This document shows positions 38,443 through 51,765 of a DNA stretch of 64,000 nt, one piece after another (positions within the stretch are counted from its first letter, which is position 1; each line of letters opens with the position of its first letter). The DNA lies in assembly GCA_951406725.2 (NCBI GenBank), contig OX597817.1, positions 65,720,001 through 65,784,000 on the forward strand, in the 5' to 3' direction. The notes below the pieces were generated by a model that ran no database searches, was not told the origin of the DNA, and was given only the letters and a program-made list of their open reading frames with translations. This stretch comes from Octopus vulgaris. Lineage: Eukaryota. The translations under genes were made by a program, and so were the position numbers.

Positions 38443-41044
38443 GCAAATTAGGAGAGTCGATTTAAAAGTGCATGGCGACTGATGTGTTAACGGCGAGAAT
38501 GATCTTGATCATTTCTTCGAAGCGAAACACGAAGGTTGCGTTTTCAGAGCTAAGGCCCGTGCGCTCAAACAGGAAGGAACTAAAGCAGTCCGATCGTCCC
38601 GAACGGTGGAGACGCGATGTGAAAATAAAATCACGATCAGGTGTCTGACGGGTCGGACCTCCGAGCAGACGTGTGCAACTTTTCAGCAGCACTTTGCACA
38701 GCTATTTGGAGAGGGCAATGGGTCGACGACGGTATTGTACTTTAGTTCGTACCTGGACGGCTTGCCGCGGCTCTCGGCAGCTGACGCGAATTTATGTGAA
38801 AAGCCGATAAAAGCCGCTGAAATTTGGGAGGCGATGAGCGATTGCACAAGTCGCAGATCGCCCGATTTGGATGATCTGCTCTTTGAATTCTATGTATTCA
38901 TGCCAGATTTGTTTGGCGACCTCTTGGAAGACGTCTACCGCAACTGGCAACAAAACGGGAGAATTCCCAGTGTTGTTAGCAGAGATGTGGTGACACTTCT
39001 GAGGCAGGATGCCGACAATCGGGACGTACCAGAGAATTTTCGGCCCATAACTCTGCTGGTCAAGGTGTTAGCGAAAAGTCTGGCGCTTGTCGTCGGTGGC
39101 CTAGTCGGAGAAGCGCAAACGTGCGCAATCCCGAGCAGGTCTATCCACGACAACCTCTACCTTATGCGGAGCAGCTCTGATCAATTTGGATCAATCGAAA
39201 GCATTCGATAGGGTCGACCATCACTACTTGGAAGCCGCCCTGAACGCAGGTGGTTTCGACCTATTTTCAGTGGCTGGATCGCTGCAATGCACAGCGGCAC
39301 CTGTTCAGTGGTCACCTATCAGAGCTGTTTGGCATCGCACGCTCGGTCCTTCAGGGATTCCCTCTGTCTCACATCTTCTGTACGTATTTGCACTCGATCT
39401 ACTGCTGTGGAAGTTGGAACAGTTAAGAGGCATCCTTTTCGGATTGGGACAAGGAAGGGCAGTTTCGGAATACGAGGACGACGTCACTGTCATGGTATCG
39501 GATGCCTCTGAAGTGAAGAAGTTGGCAGCATCCTAAAAGAATATGAGTCGGTTGCAGGGGCTAAAACCAACGCCGACAAGTCGGTTGGTTTACGGTTGAG
39601 CTCCTAAAGAGGCAGGACGATGCTATCAGACGGTGTCGTCGGACGCGGGATCGACGGACCACTTAAACTGTTCGGGGTCTGGATTGGTTCCGACCTCCAG
39701 GCTAAGAACTGGGAAGAGGTGTTGAACAGGTATCCAGTCTTACCAAGAAATGGGCTGAGGGGAAGCTGACCCTGAAAGTTCGGGCAGAGGTGGCGAATGC
39801 TTACATCGCATCATTTATCACCTGATCGTCGTGCCTTGTCCCGGTTACTACTTGACCAGATTAGAGCGTCTCTAATTAAAATTTTCCAATGGTGAGGCGG
39901 TCAGTCTCTTGCCAACATTCTCTAAGTGGCGGATTAGGTATGCCGTGGCCCCTAATGCGCAGACATGCTCTTAGGTTACGTCACCCTCAATGATTTCTGG
40001 ATGGTGAGCGTGTGTGGTCTCCGTTTGTTAGGTTCGTCTTTCCGCAGCTCATCTTCTTGAAGGAGCTGCAGTCCTGAGTGAAGAAAATACTGAGACTGGG
40101 CGCCTGGCATTTAGAATGTCGTTAGACGCTCACAGGATCGATGGATGTTCCGCTTTAGAAATTTAGTGGATTAGTGGCGGGGAAGTACGGCGACGTTCTT
40201 GGGGAGACTCTGGGCGGCGCCGACGAAAACAAACTGGCTAGTCTGTTCCGGAGGATTTTCCGGTCAGGAACTATCATAGATAATTTCCAGATGTCCTTGA
40301 CTTGGCAGTGTTACCGGGGGGGGGGGGCGATGTTCGCAGAGTGACAAAACCGTTCTGCACACCCTCGTTCAGCGTCCGGGCATTGCTTACTTATGGGGTT
40401 ATGTCGAACAGCTGCTGTCACGTATGGGACGGATCCGTCTGTCGGCCGAGTCTGTAGTGATGATCGCACCGCCGCCCTCCTTCAATAGGGCTGGCAAGGC
40501 AGTTTTCCTTTGCCGGGTGGCTGTAACCGAAGAGGTTGTTTAGTGGACAAGGCCGAAAGGCATAAAGACAAAGACATTCCTCTTTGGTAGAGCTCTCATT
40601 GAATTCTTCAGTTTCACTTGAAAAGGAAATTGAGAGTGGAAAGGGAAGAGCTATCCTCGAGGGAGTTTATTGAAAGGTGGGTGAAAGTTGCGAAAATGGC
40701 ATGAGTCGATGGTACTTCTCTAGGTGTAGACCTGTGAGTCGGAAAGAAGGAATTGGAGAGGGCACTTACTCCTGAGTTTTCAGGGACAGTGGGGTTCCTA
40801 GATTATCCCTAGAGGCCTTTCTGTATCAGGAGGGCCACATCTCTACCATCCTCCCCGCCACTTTTTAAAAACTTTTGCATGCCATTCACATGTCCCTTCT
40901 TTTTCAATGTATATCATGTATACTTAATTTCTTTCTTTCATTCCTTTTTTTATTTACCATTTCATTACACGTAAGCCCCTACACTTTATGTCTGTCTTTG
41001 TATTGTCCCCTTCATCTTTGCCCTTGTGGCAAATAAATGAAATC
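38443..41044 (+). mobile_element. 5'-truncated Tx1-clade (L1 superfamily) LINE, disrupted ORF2 and 3' UTR
   Basis: LDGLPRLS...SPDLDDLLFEFY, ENFRPITLL, DQSKAFDRVDH, a YEDDVTV (YADD) motif and a GGLG segment. Ends cttgtggcaaataaatgaaatc, with (ATT)n on both flanks. Confidence 0.88.
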
Positions 41045-41058
41045 ATTATTATTATTAA

Positions 41059-41112
<54 letters not shown>

Positions 41113-42938
41113 GAACGATAATAACGATTTCATTATCTCTCACATTGACATTATTCTTGGCTGCTGTCGTCTGCACACTTATATTAATGTATCATACGCG
41201 ACTCAACATATTCACGTGCATACACAGTCAAACGCGCACATTTTATATGTGAATGCATATGTTTATAGAGTGTGCGTATGCTTAATGTGTTTGTGTGTGT
41301 GTATGTGTTTAAGTTGAGAGTGCTATATTTTTTGTTTCTTATATTCTTCTTGCAGCACGCTCATCCATACCATGTTCATTCGACCAAACTGTTTTCTTGT
41401 CTGAATTCCAATCACTGAAGGGTGGGGGTAGGGGAGAGGAGGAGGAGGAGGAGGTGGAGAAGAAGAAGAAGAAGAAGAAGAAGAAGAAGAAGAAGAAGAA
41501 GAAGAAGAAGAAGAAGAAGAAGAAGAATCGACTACAATATTTGTCTGGAATTTCATTTATCGATTCTGGAAAAATAAAAAGTAAGGTTGTTTCGGTAGGA
41601 TTTGAGCCTGTCATAAAGGAAACGTCACCTTAATCCAGAGTTGAATTAGCAGCATTGTAGGCTCCTTGGAATATCAATGCCCTGTGCCCTATAGTATTTA
41701 TTTATTGACAGCAATCCACAGCATACATAGGTCCGAATTGTAAACCTAGAACCGTGCGACTCCTTGATGCGTGGGGCTGCTAGGCAACTGGTCAGCGTGC
41801 CAATACATTAAGATGGTCCTACTTTAACCCTTATAAGATTTGAGCTCAAATAAACTTAATAGCTCTAGTCATGTGCCTGGTGTTCACAACCCTCAGCCAC
41901 CGCCTCTCTGTTAAGCATGATTTCCAGAATAGCCGTGAGACTACAGTTTGTTTCGTTTTTGTGAAGGAAGGTGAAATACTCGTTAACGTCAATCACAGTT
42001 TTTGACTTATGGTCATACAACCAAATCATCTTGAAATTACACCCTACCGTTTAAATGGAAAACGGAGGCGTTCAATTATGTGAATGTTCATTGGGAAAAA
42101 AGACAGTTGGTCACGGTTGGAATGCTTTTGATCATAGGAGTGCTAGATTAGGGCTGATCAAAGCTTCTATCCTATCATTCAACCTTCCAGAAAGAGCAGC
42201 CAAATCTCACTTAAATCACATCCTACTGTCTTAAAAAGGGAAGTGACACATAAGACAATGTAATCGTCCGACAGGATGTTCATGGCTGGAACGCTTTTAA
42301 TTACAGGTCTGTTTGATCAGAGTTGATTATTTGATCAGAGTGAAACAATTGGTACATGCTTTATCGATCCCGGAAGGCTGAAAAACAAAGTCAATTTTAT
42401 TCGGGATTTGAACCCAGAATGTAGAGACATAACCGGATACAGGAAGTCATTAGTTTAATGTTTGACGATTCTGCCACTCATAACGCTGTGCGCTATGGTA
42501 GCGCTGCCCAAACAATAATCATAACTCACACGAGGAAACTACAGTAGGAAAAACAAATAACAGGGGAAAATAAATAAAATAGATAGCAATGAACTTTAAA
42601 CTGTCTCTGTATTTTTATTAATTTATTTATTCATGATATTTACTGCCGACACACAGGAAGTGAGATAGTGGGTAAAAGGGAGGGAGGGAAGCAAAGATGG
42701 CGATGTTTCCGGCAGAACATCATCAATCTTGTGTAAATATTGGAACACGATAATTAAATGTTTTGCTTCGTTTTTGTTTTTCTTTCCTTTCTCCTCTAGA
42801 TGGGAATTTCTTGACTGAGATGTGAAACATTTAATTAACAGCAGACTAGTTCATGGAAACTTGCAGATATCAGTTAGAGAGAAAAATCATTAGCATTCAG
42901 AGAGTTTATGAAATCATCGTCGTCATCGTCAACGTCGA

Positions 42939-42982
<44 letters not shown>

Positions 42983-43380
42983 CCACCACCACCACCACCA
43001 TCATTATCATGATGTTTTTTAACAGCTCTATGCGAATTTATAATGCACCAACAGATGCACTACCGAGTTCTGCAACGTTTTTCTTTTGCAGTTGTAGAAC
43101 TGGGTTCGTATGCCGCTTGTATGTTTTGTTTCTAAGTTTTATTATTTATGGTATAAGCAAACTGAAACCTACGAGACTTTCTGACTGGCACGCCTAATTT
43201 CCTAAAGAAAATAACATGTATAATCTTTTTACTACTGCAGCTTGCCAGATGATGAGCCATGTCTCGTGCGGTCCGAGGAAGGTTGCCTGTGCCTGCGCTT
43301 GTGCCCCATCTTTGTTGTAGTGTAGAATATAAATTGTACAATGTGATCTTAATTATTTTGTTGGGCGGTGATTGTATATT

Positions 43381-43787
43381 TACTCTTTTACTCTTTTACT
43401 TGTTTCAGTCATTTGACTGCGGCCATGCTGGGGCACCGCCTTTAATCGAGCAACTCGACCCCAGGACTTATTCTTTGTAAGCCCAGTACTTATTCTATCG
43501 GTCTCTTTTGCCGAACCGCTAAGTTACGGGGACATAAACACACCAGCATCGGTTGTCAAGCAATGCTAGGGGGACAAACACACACACATACACATACATA
43601 TATATATATATATATACATATATACGATGGGCTCCTTTCAGTTTCCGTCTACCAAATCCACTCACAAGGCTTTGGTCGGCCCGAGGCTATAGTAGAAGAC
43701 ACTTGCCCAAGGTGCCACACAGTGGGACTGAACCCGGAACCATGTGGTTGGTAAGCAAGCTACTTACCACACAGCCACTCCTGCGCC
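43381..43787 (-). mobile_element. Near full-length tRNA-derived CORE-like SINE (family B), with internal (TA/TG)n and a TAAAAGAG tail
   Basis: Head ggcgcaggagtggctgtgtggtaag...ggttcagtccc and core gcaccttgggcaagtg. Further copies near 2375-2527, 14020-14430, 22690-23410, 54075-54455 and 63560-63972. Confidence 0.85.
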
Positions 43788-44043
43788 ATATTGTTTATGC
43801 TTCGTGAGTTCTGTGGGTTACATCATATTGTTGGGTGTTCATTGTGTAGATTATAAATTGTGAGAGATGCTGGTGATATCTGAGATGTATAATAGTGCCG
43901 AGTGTCTATTAAGTGAGAATATGTGATATGTTATTATCTGGTGATTGTGTAGAGTTCTGTACTGTGTGGATTCTGTTTTATTATACTGTGTAACACGATT
44001 TTTGTCCTTAGGTAGCTACTGTTATTTTTTTATATGCTTACCT

Positions 44044-44400
44044 CTAGAAAGTACGAAAAACAGCTAATATTTCCTTCAAACTTTGCTTTTCTTACATTTA
44101 TTCAAACTCCAAAGAATTCCTCTCTCTTCACATGGTTATGATGCTCACCCACAACTCCTGTTCATGATCAGAGATGCACATATTGTCAGCCACTAAGGGA
44201 CATGCTCAAGTGGTTATGGTCAAGTAAATCTGTGGTACTGAGCAGAGTATTTGCTATAACGATGTTTCTGATTCAGCAACTCAGTGCTGAATCTATCTGA
44301 AATGAAATGAAATGGAAACTAGGTCAGTTTCAAAACATTGATTCCCAGGTTACAAAAGCAAAGTCTGAAGGGAATAGTAGTCATTTCCTTTGATTTCTAG
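44044..44400. mobile_element. Degenerate MITE-like element with inverted ends of about 55 bp
   Basis: ctagaaa...atttccttcaaactttgctttt versus aaaagcaaagtctgaagggaata...tttctag. Confidence 0.5.
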
Positions 44401-44987
44401 ACAGGAGGAAATAGAAAATAACACTTACTGGCCAAAGACAAATAAATAAATAAATAAATAAATAGAAATTTTGTTACACAATGTTATAGAGTGATGACTG
44501 TATAGGCTATGTGTTGTGTTTTGTGTAGGAAGTGCTTTTGAATTGACAGTGTCTTACGTAGGATGGAAACTGTTTGTAGAGTTGTGAGCTTTGGTATGGT
44601 TTTTATATTTTTGCTTATGTTCTTCATCACGCTTAGGATTCCAATCATTATTAAGACTATTTTCCCTTTTAGCCTGCCACACCCAAATCCTGTGTCTTTT
44701 TTTTCCTTTTATATTATATCAAGACTCTTGTATTTCGATAGTTTCTTTATCTCCTTCAACCTGATGTTTTGGTCAGAAAGAATCGATGTCTGCAAGTGTG
44801 TGTGTGTGTGTGTGGATGCACGCGTGTGTGCGTGTGCGTGCGTGTATGTATATGTATTTGTGTGTGTGTATGTGTGTATGCGTGTGTTTTTGTGTGCGCA
44901 TATATATATATATATAGATATATGTGCGTGTGTATATATATATGCATACACATACACATATATGTACATATATATATATACACACAT

Positions 44988-45018
<31 letters not shown>

Positions 45019-45099
45019 CATATATAAATGGATACTTATATATATATATATATATATATACATATGTGCATACATACATAGATACATAAGCTAGTCATT

Positions 45100-46695
45100 C
45101 AATAAAGCTCAAATGGAATAAAGCGTACGCGCTTCATCCTCCTAAACAGTGCAACGGGACCTGCTTGGTAGTCAAGTCCCTGATGCCCCCCTTTATTGAG
45201 GCCACCATTGTTACGGGGTGCGGTAGGGGGGAAATGTTTTCATTTCAAGTATGCCCCTAATCCCTCGGGGTCAGACATGCCGTTTAACTTCCGCAGATCG
45301 CAGTTTCCGGTGATGCCATGCTTCGCCATGTCCATCAACAAATCCCAAGGCCAAACACTATCGGTGGCAGGCATCCATTTGGGGGCACCGTGCTTTTCAC
45401 ACGGGCAACTTTATGTGGCCTGCTCCCGTGTGGGGAGTAGAAACGGTCTTTTTGTGTATGCTCCTCAGGGCAGAACACACAATGTTGTCTATAGCGAAGT
45501 TTTATAGGCGTAGAAAGAAGAACAAGTCATCATTGCAGCTTATGTGGTTATAAACAGGTGATCCGGAAGCATTGGCCGGACATATTCTCAAACCATGGCA
45601 ATATCACTCATGGTCTCTTCCTCTTCTTTATTGGACAATGCTGACTTCTCCGACAACAATGCTCACTCGGCCGATATCAGCGCTTGGCCAAGTTGCTCAT
45701 AGAGTTAGGCTAGAAAGGCCAGGCCCCTTATTTTTTTGTTAAGGCTGTTAGTAAGTTTTCCTACGTCACTCCAATCCGGATCCCCAATGCAAACCTTCGA
45801 ATCAACCTTCTCCAATGCAGATCTCTTGTGCAACCTTATCCAATTCAAATCTTTGAGTCAACCTTCTTCATTGCAGATCTCCAATGCAAACCTTCGATGC
45901 ATCCTTATCCAGTGCAAACCTTCGATGTAACCTTCTCCAATGCAGACCTTCGATGCAGATCTCCGAGGCAACCTTTACCAATGCATATCTTCGATGCTTA
46001 GTTGTGATCCGAACATAACCTCTTCTGACACAGAGAAATGGGAGCCCTTTTGGGCGTTATATTTTCCTTGCCGGATGATGAGGGGTGGTGGTTCGATAGG
46101 GCCGGCATGTGAAACCTGATCACTTCTGCCAGTCAAACTCCCAACCCATGCGTTCCCGTCGTGACACTGATTCTGCAGAGCTAGGTTGGGTGTGAAAACT
46201 AACTTTAAAGTCTAAATATAGATTTTTTGAATCAGCAATGTTGTGTTCGGTTAAGTCCTCTTTGGCGTAAAAAATCAATAAACTAATTCCTTATGGGGTT
46301 TTCCATTCAATCAGGATGAGAAAACGATAAACCGATTCCTTATAGGATTTCCCACTAAAATTGGCTACACCCCATTTTCAACAATAACTTTTACCAATTT
46401 TGACGTATTTTGTTCAAACTTTATGTTGGCGTTGCTTAGGACTTATGGGATTTTTGAATGCTTTAAGTTCTCAAAAAAAAAAAAAAAATCGATGAGTGGA
46501 AAAATCGATAAACCGATTTCTTATGGGATTTCCCAATCAAATTGTCTGCAACACATTCTCAGCCAAACGTTTACCAATTTCAATGGATTTCGCTCAAATT
46601 TGACGTCGGTGTAACTTAGTTTGGTTTGAAACAAAGCGTTTGATTAGCTTAATAATCCTAACTTAATCCCGGGCAACGCCGGGCTAAACTGCTAG
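45100..46695 (+). mobile_element. Helitron 3' portion: PIF1-like helicase C-terminus and canonical 3' end
   Basis: CNGTCLVV...IEATIVTG...QFPVMPCFAMSINKSQGQTL...CFSHGQLYVACSRV...NVVYSEVL. Terminal hairpin cccgggcaacgccggg (46668..46683), then CTAG (46692..46695) followed by T. Confidence 0.92.
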
Positions 46696-47080
46696 TTAGA
46701 TCTAGAAACAAAAGAGGAACGCCATCTTTTCCCAGAATTTTACATTTACTGACACATATTTCCAAGGATCAAAGGGAACTTGAAAGGGTCTTTGTGATTA
46801 ACAAATAATCTAAGAGGAAATGTGGTAGCTTAAATAGAGTTACCATAAGGAAAGGAGGAAGTCGGGTGCTTCAGGCTACAGACCCTATATTGAGAAGTGT
46901 TGTGATTGGAATGTATCCGGAAGTCGATAATTTGGTTAAACGACGTTTTTGAGTCGAGGGGAGTGGAGATGGATGATGAGCTAAAATATTGGTCATAGAC
47001 AACAGAAGTGCCTAGTAACAGAATCGCTGTGTATGTGTGTGTGTGTATGTGATTGTATGTGTGTGTATATATGTGTGTGT

Positions 47081-47164
<84 letters not shown>

Positions 47165-47329
47165 TTGTGTGTGTGTGTCTGTGTGCAGTAACTACGTCTG
47201 AAATAGCTGTGTGGTATCGTGTCAGTGACAGCGAAGAAAATTTGCAACGTACAGAATAAATGAAAAATGATAATAGTTTTTATGTCTTTTGATAGCTAAA
47301 ATGGCTCATAGATACATACATGGATATAT

Positions 47330-47399
<70 letters not shown>

Positions 47400-47614
47400 T
47401 ATATATAAATTAATGACTTTTACAAGATAAGTATCCTTCGCGGATGAATTTGTCACGCTTCCTTCAGTACTGAATTTGTCAAATTCTATATAGAAGAAAG
47501 GAAGCTAGTCTGCCAAGAAGCATTAAAAAAAAATACCTTGTTTATATAATAATTTTTCCTCGTTTTTCTTTTGTTTTTGTATTTTGTTACGGAAAAATAC
47601 AATCATATATGCAG

Positions 47615-47649
<35 letters not shown>

Positions 47650-47894
47650 TAACCGTGCCGTCAATAATGACAAATATGCTTAGCTTAATTAAATTTATTG
47701 AAAATAACTATAAAATAATGAGAAAAATCTGTGTGATGTGTTAATGACAATTGGAAATGCCGGAATAACAGGAAATTGGCGTCTGTTTGAAGTAAAGTGA
47801 AGATTCAGATCATTGGGAGTTAAATTAAATAGTGAGATGAATGTCTTCTCTCGTATATTACTACTTGTCAGTGTTTGTCCACATATATTCAAGG

Positions 47895-47972
<78 letters not shown>

Positions 47973-47973
47973 G

Positions 47974-48013
<40 letters not shown>

Positions 48014-48169
48014 CATAATGAACTTGAGGAGAGGTATGAAATAAGAGTTGATACAGATAACTCCCCAAGGAGCATTGTTAAAATCTGTTTATCAGAACAA
48101 TAAACTACCAGTTTACTAAGAAGATAGCACATGAGTACTTAGCACCAAAAAAAAAAAACACAAACCATA

Positions 48170-49005
48170 GAAGGGATTGACCATGTCAAAAGCTTGGCAT
48201 GGAGTACCAACAAGTTTATGACATCCCACTTTGAAGGCTACCTCCGTGCAGTTCAAGAAGAGATCCCCACCAAGTACCTACAGCATAAGAGACAGAAAAC
48301 ATTGACTGACAACAAATGTAGGCTGTGCATGACAACGACTGAAGACATCAACCACATTATTGCCAACTGCGAGAAAATGTCATCTCTGGCTAGAACGGTC
48401 TAGAACAGGATAACAAAAAAAAAGAAAGAAAGAAAATACCTACATACGAAAATACCTACATATTGAAACCGATGGGTCAAATGAATGTTGGTGGAGCTTA
48501 AAATTTAAGATAATCACTAAGCTAAAACACAACCGACCAGATATTGTCGTCTGGAACCTCAAGTAAAAGATATATTTTGCTTTGGAAACAAGCTGCCCCC
48601 TGGACACCATAGCGGTGAAAAAATAGAAGGGAACGAAGACATCAATGTAGCATTGGTAAGGAGTTTGCTTGCAAGTCTTGTACTCAATATACACTTAGTT
48701 TGGTTTGAAACAAAGCGTTTGATTAGCTTAATAATCCTAACTTATTTATTACTGGAGCAACTTATTATTACTGGAGGATACATACCAGCCTGTCTGGAGC
48801 GACTGAACTTAGGTTCTTGGGAAGAGAACGGAAATCCTTAATTTCTACTCTACAAATGATCATGATAACTGGGACAATAAAATCTTCAAAACCATCTTAA
48901 GATTCAAAGAATGAGGGTTACAACAAGATACTTTCTTTCACAACTTTGCTACCAAGTAGGTGGCTGGTCAAAATTTACTCTAAATTAGGAGAAAGACAAG
49001 AACAT
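48170..49005 (+). mobile_element. R2-superfamily (R4/Dong-like) LINE 3' fragment with CCHC and restriction-like endonuclease remnants
   Basis: EGYLRAVQEEIPTKY...CRLCMTTTEDINHIIANC, HNRPDIVVW and ETSCPLD; ends at (TACA)n. Confidence 0.8.
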
Positions 49006-49268
49006 ACGTACATACATACATACATACATACATACATACATACATACATACATACATACATACATACATACATACATACATACATACATACATGATGGCT
49101 ACCCCCTCGTTATCGAGTACGGCCATTGCACGAAGCTTAACTGCTATTGGTGCTGTGATCGAATGTGACTTTTTAGCCCAGCTAAAGATCTACAATGTCT
49201 TGTACAGAATTGGCAGCTAAAACCTTTACCGGTTTTAGCTGCCAATTCTGTACATGACATTGTAGATC

Positions 49269-49300
<32 letters not shown>

Positions 49301-49484
49301 CATACATACATACATACATTTTCATTCAGAAACAGTTTATAAACATTCACATATACGTATGCATCCAATACATACAGACAGTGAACACTGTAGTCACCCA
49401 GATGCACACGTGCAGATATATACACATACATACTCCTACACGCATATGCAGGCATGTATATCGTATAATATATAGAAACTCTCC

Positions 49485-49524
<40 letters not shown>

Positions 49525-49624
49525 TATTTAATTAAATCCCCACCGTTCTTGTCTTTATATTCCCCTAAAAGGATTTTTTGCGGTCCCTGTGAGCAATAAA
49601 AAAACTGCTAGAATAATGATGATG

Positions 49625-49704
<80 letters not shown>

Positions 49705-49721
49705 GATAATAATGATAATAA

Positions 49722-50158
49722 TTAATTCGTTTATTGGCCACAAGGGCTAACAATAATGAATTAAAACATAAAGGGACAAAACACAGGACGAAAGTTACAA
49801 AGGGTTTTGTCCGTTTGAAAAAAGTCTGTGTACTAAAGCAGGATAACAATGAAATGTAAGTAACAATTAAAGCTCCCAATAGGGGGTGGTGGCTTCGAAA
49901 GGTTACTCGTGGAAAAACCCATAAAAGCCACGGAAGCCTGGTTAAAAGGGGGGGGGGGTAGAGAGACCCTTTCTCCTTTTATATTTCCTTTTAATTTTTC
50001 ACAGGTATATCCTCAGAATTGGTCCGTTCATACAGGCCATTCTTGCGACATTCACCCACCTTTCAATAAACTTGCTTCCAAACAGCACTTCCCTCTCTAC
50101 TCTCATCTTCCTTTTCAAGTGAAACTTGAAAAAGTTGATGAGGCCTTGGCCAAAGAGG
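49722..50158 (-). mobile_element. 3' fragment of the same Tx1 family
   Basis: The reverse complement matches 40580-40700 (aagtttcacttgaaaaggaa...gaaaggtgggtgaa) and shares the terminus cttgtggccaataaa. Confidence 0.8.
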
Positions 50159-50495
50159 AAAATAATAATAATTATGGCTGTCAGCCTGGCAAGCGACGCT
50201 TGACCTCCGTGAATTTTATGAGAAAAAAATACATTTAAGTTTATAACTTCGTGGGCAAGTTATTTGCTGTTGAGTGGTGAGTTTATTTTCCAGCTTTGAG
50301 GGTCAGGTCACTTGTTTTTGTTTCTTTAATCAAAGTTGTGTGCGTTTTCCCACCCACAAGGAGAAAACGCAAAACACGGCAACGCTCATACGTGTGAGAG
50401 GGGGGAGAAAGTGAGGAGCGTCAACAAACGCCAATGACAGAGGGCGCATGCGTGCAAAGCGACTTCGGTCTGAAAAACAAAACAGACGACAGTCG

Positions 50496-50548
<53 letters not shown>

Positions 50549-50839
50549 AAAAAAACCCCGACAAAAAGAACAACGGAGCCAATATTTTCAATGAGGATCA
50601 CTCAGAAGATCTTTTGAAAAACAAAGGCTCTGTTTTTAACAATATTATTCGAAGGGAAAACATTAATTTTCGAAAATGTCAGCGGTGAAAGCCCTTCTGT
50701 GAGCGAAGCAAATAATAACAGCAACAACAACAACAACATCAGCAGCATCATAAACAACCACCACCACAACAACAACAAAGGTGACAACAGCAACAAGAAA
50801 ACCAACAATGGCAGCGACAAAAGCAACACAACAATGGCA

Positions 50840-51709
50840 AAGACAATGAAGGAGCTAAGATGCAAACCGTTACAACGGCTTGGAACAGCCTTTCAAAGGT
50901 TTCTTTCGCAGGAGTAGCTAAATCATCTCTCCAGAAAATACAGTTCTCAGAAGAACTGAAATATGCTAAACAGCTAATCGAGAGAGATGGGCGAGCTGTA
51001 AAGTTGAATACACCACCTAAGACAATCCAAGCTACGATACATCGCACAGTGACGTACCGTACGATCGGCTTAAAATCAAGGGGGGGGGTGGAAAGAGTCA
51101 CAGAGGCTCAAATACAACAAGCTTTAGGTTCCGTCTGGAGTCTAAAGGAATATATACAGAGAAGAAAGGCCTATGGAAGGGTATGAGTGATGATCGCCTA
51201 AGATTGAATCTAGGAATTGACGAGAACAGTCTGAGTAGTCTCTTCCAGAGGACCTTCGGGTTGAGATCATGGACACTTTCCAATTTCTAAAAGTCTTTGG
51301 CTTGGCAGTGCTACAGAGGGATATTGCCCATTCGAAATAAGCTCTTCGGGCATGGAAGTGCCAATAGCCAAACCAGCCCGAGATGCTTACAGAGCAACGA
51401 AACTGTCCTGCATGCAATAATTCAGTGTCCGTGCTTTAGAGAGTTTTGGGATTGTGTAGAGCAGCTGTTGTCTGCCGAATGTATAGTGAAGATCGACGCA
51501 AAACCTTCCCTTAGCAGATAAGGAGAGTAGATCTTTCTCTGCTTAGTGGCTATTGGAGATTCTATTTATTTATTCATTATTTAATTCTCTACTTTCTATT
51601 ATATATCTTCTGTTATATCTTTTAATGTGGTAGTATCTTCCCTTAGTGCTATAACACGTCCTTCGATATTGTGCTATATATCTTGGGCTCTTGTGGCCAA
51701 TAAAAGAAA

Positions 51710-51711
<2 letters not shown>
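50840..51711 (+). mobile_element. Tx1-clade LINE 3' fragment from a related subfamily
   Basis: AWQCYRGILPIR...PRC...ETVLHAIIQC zinc-knuckle region. Terminus cttgtggccaataaaagaaatc followed by (ATT)n. Confidence 0.75.

Positions 51712-51765
<54 letters not shown>

Noticed and set aside
28570-39536. The 230-aa (28570..29262) and 201-aa (38606..39211) RT ORFs as functional genes
   Set aside because: Both are fragments of truncated LINEs, with frameshifts, stops and damaged motifs.
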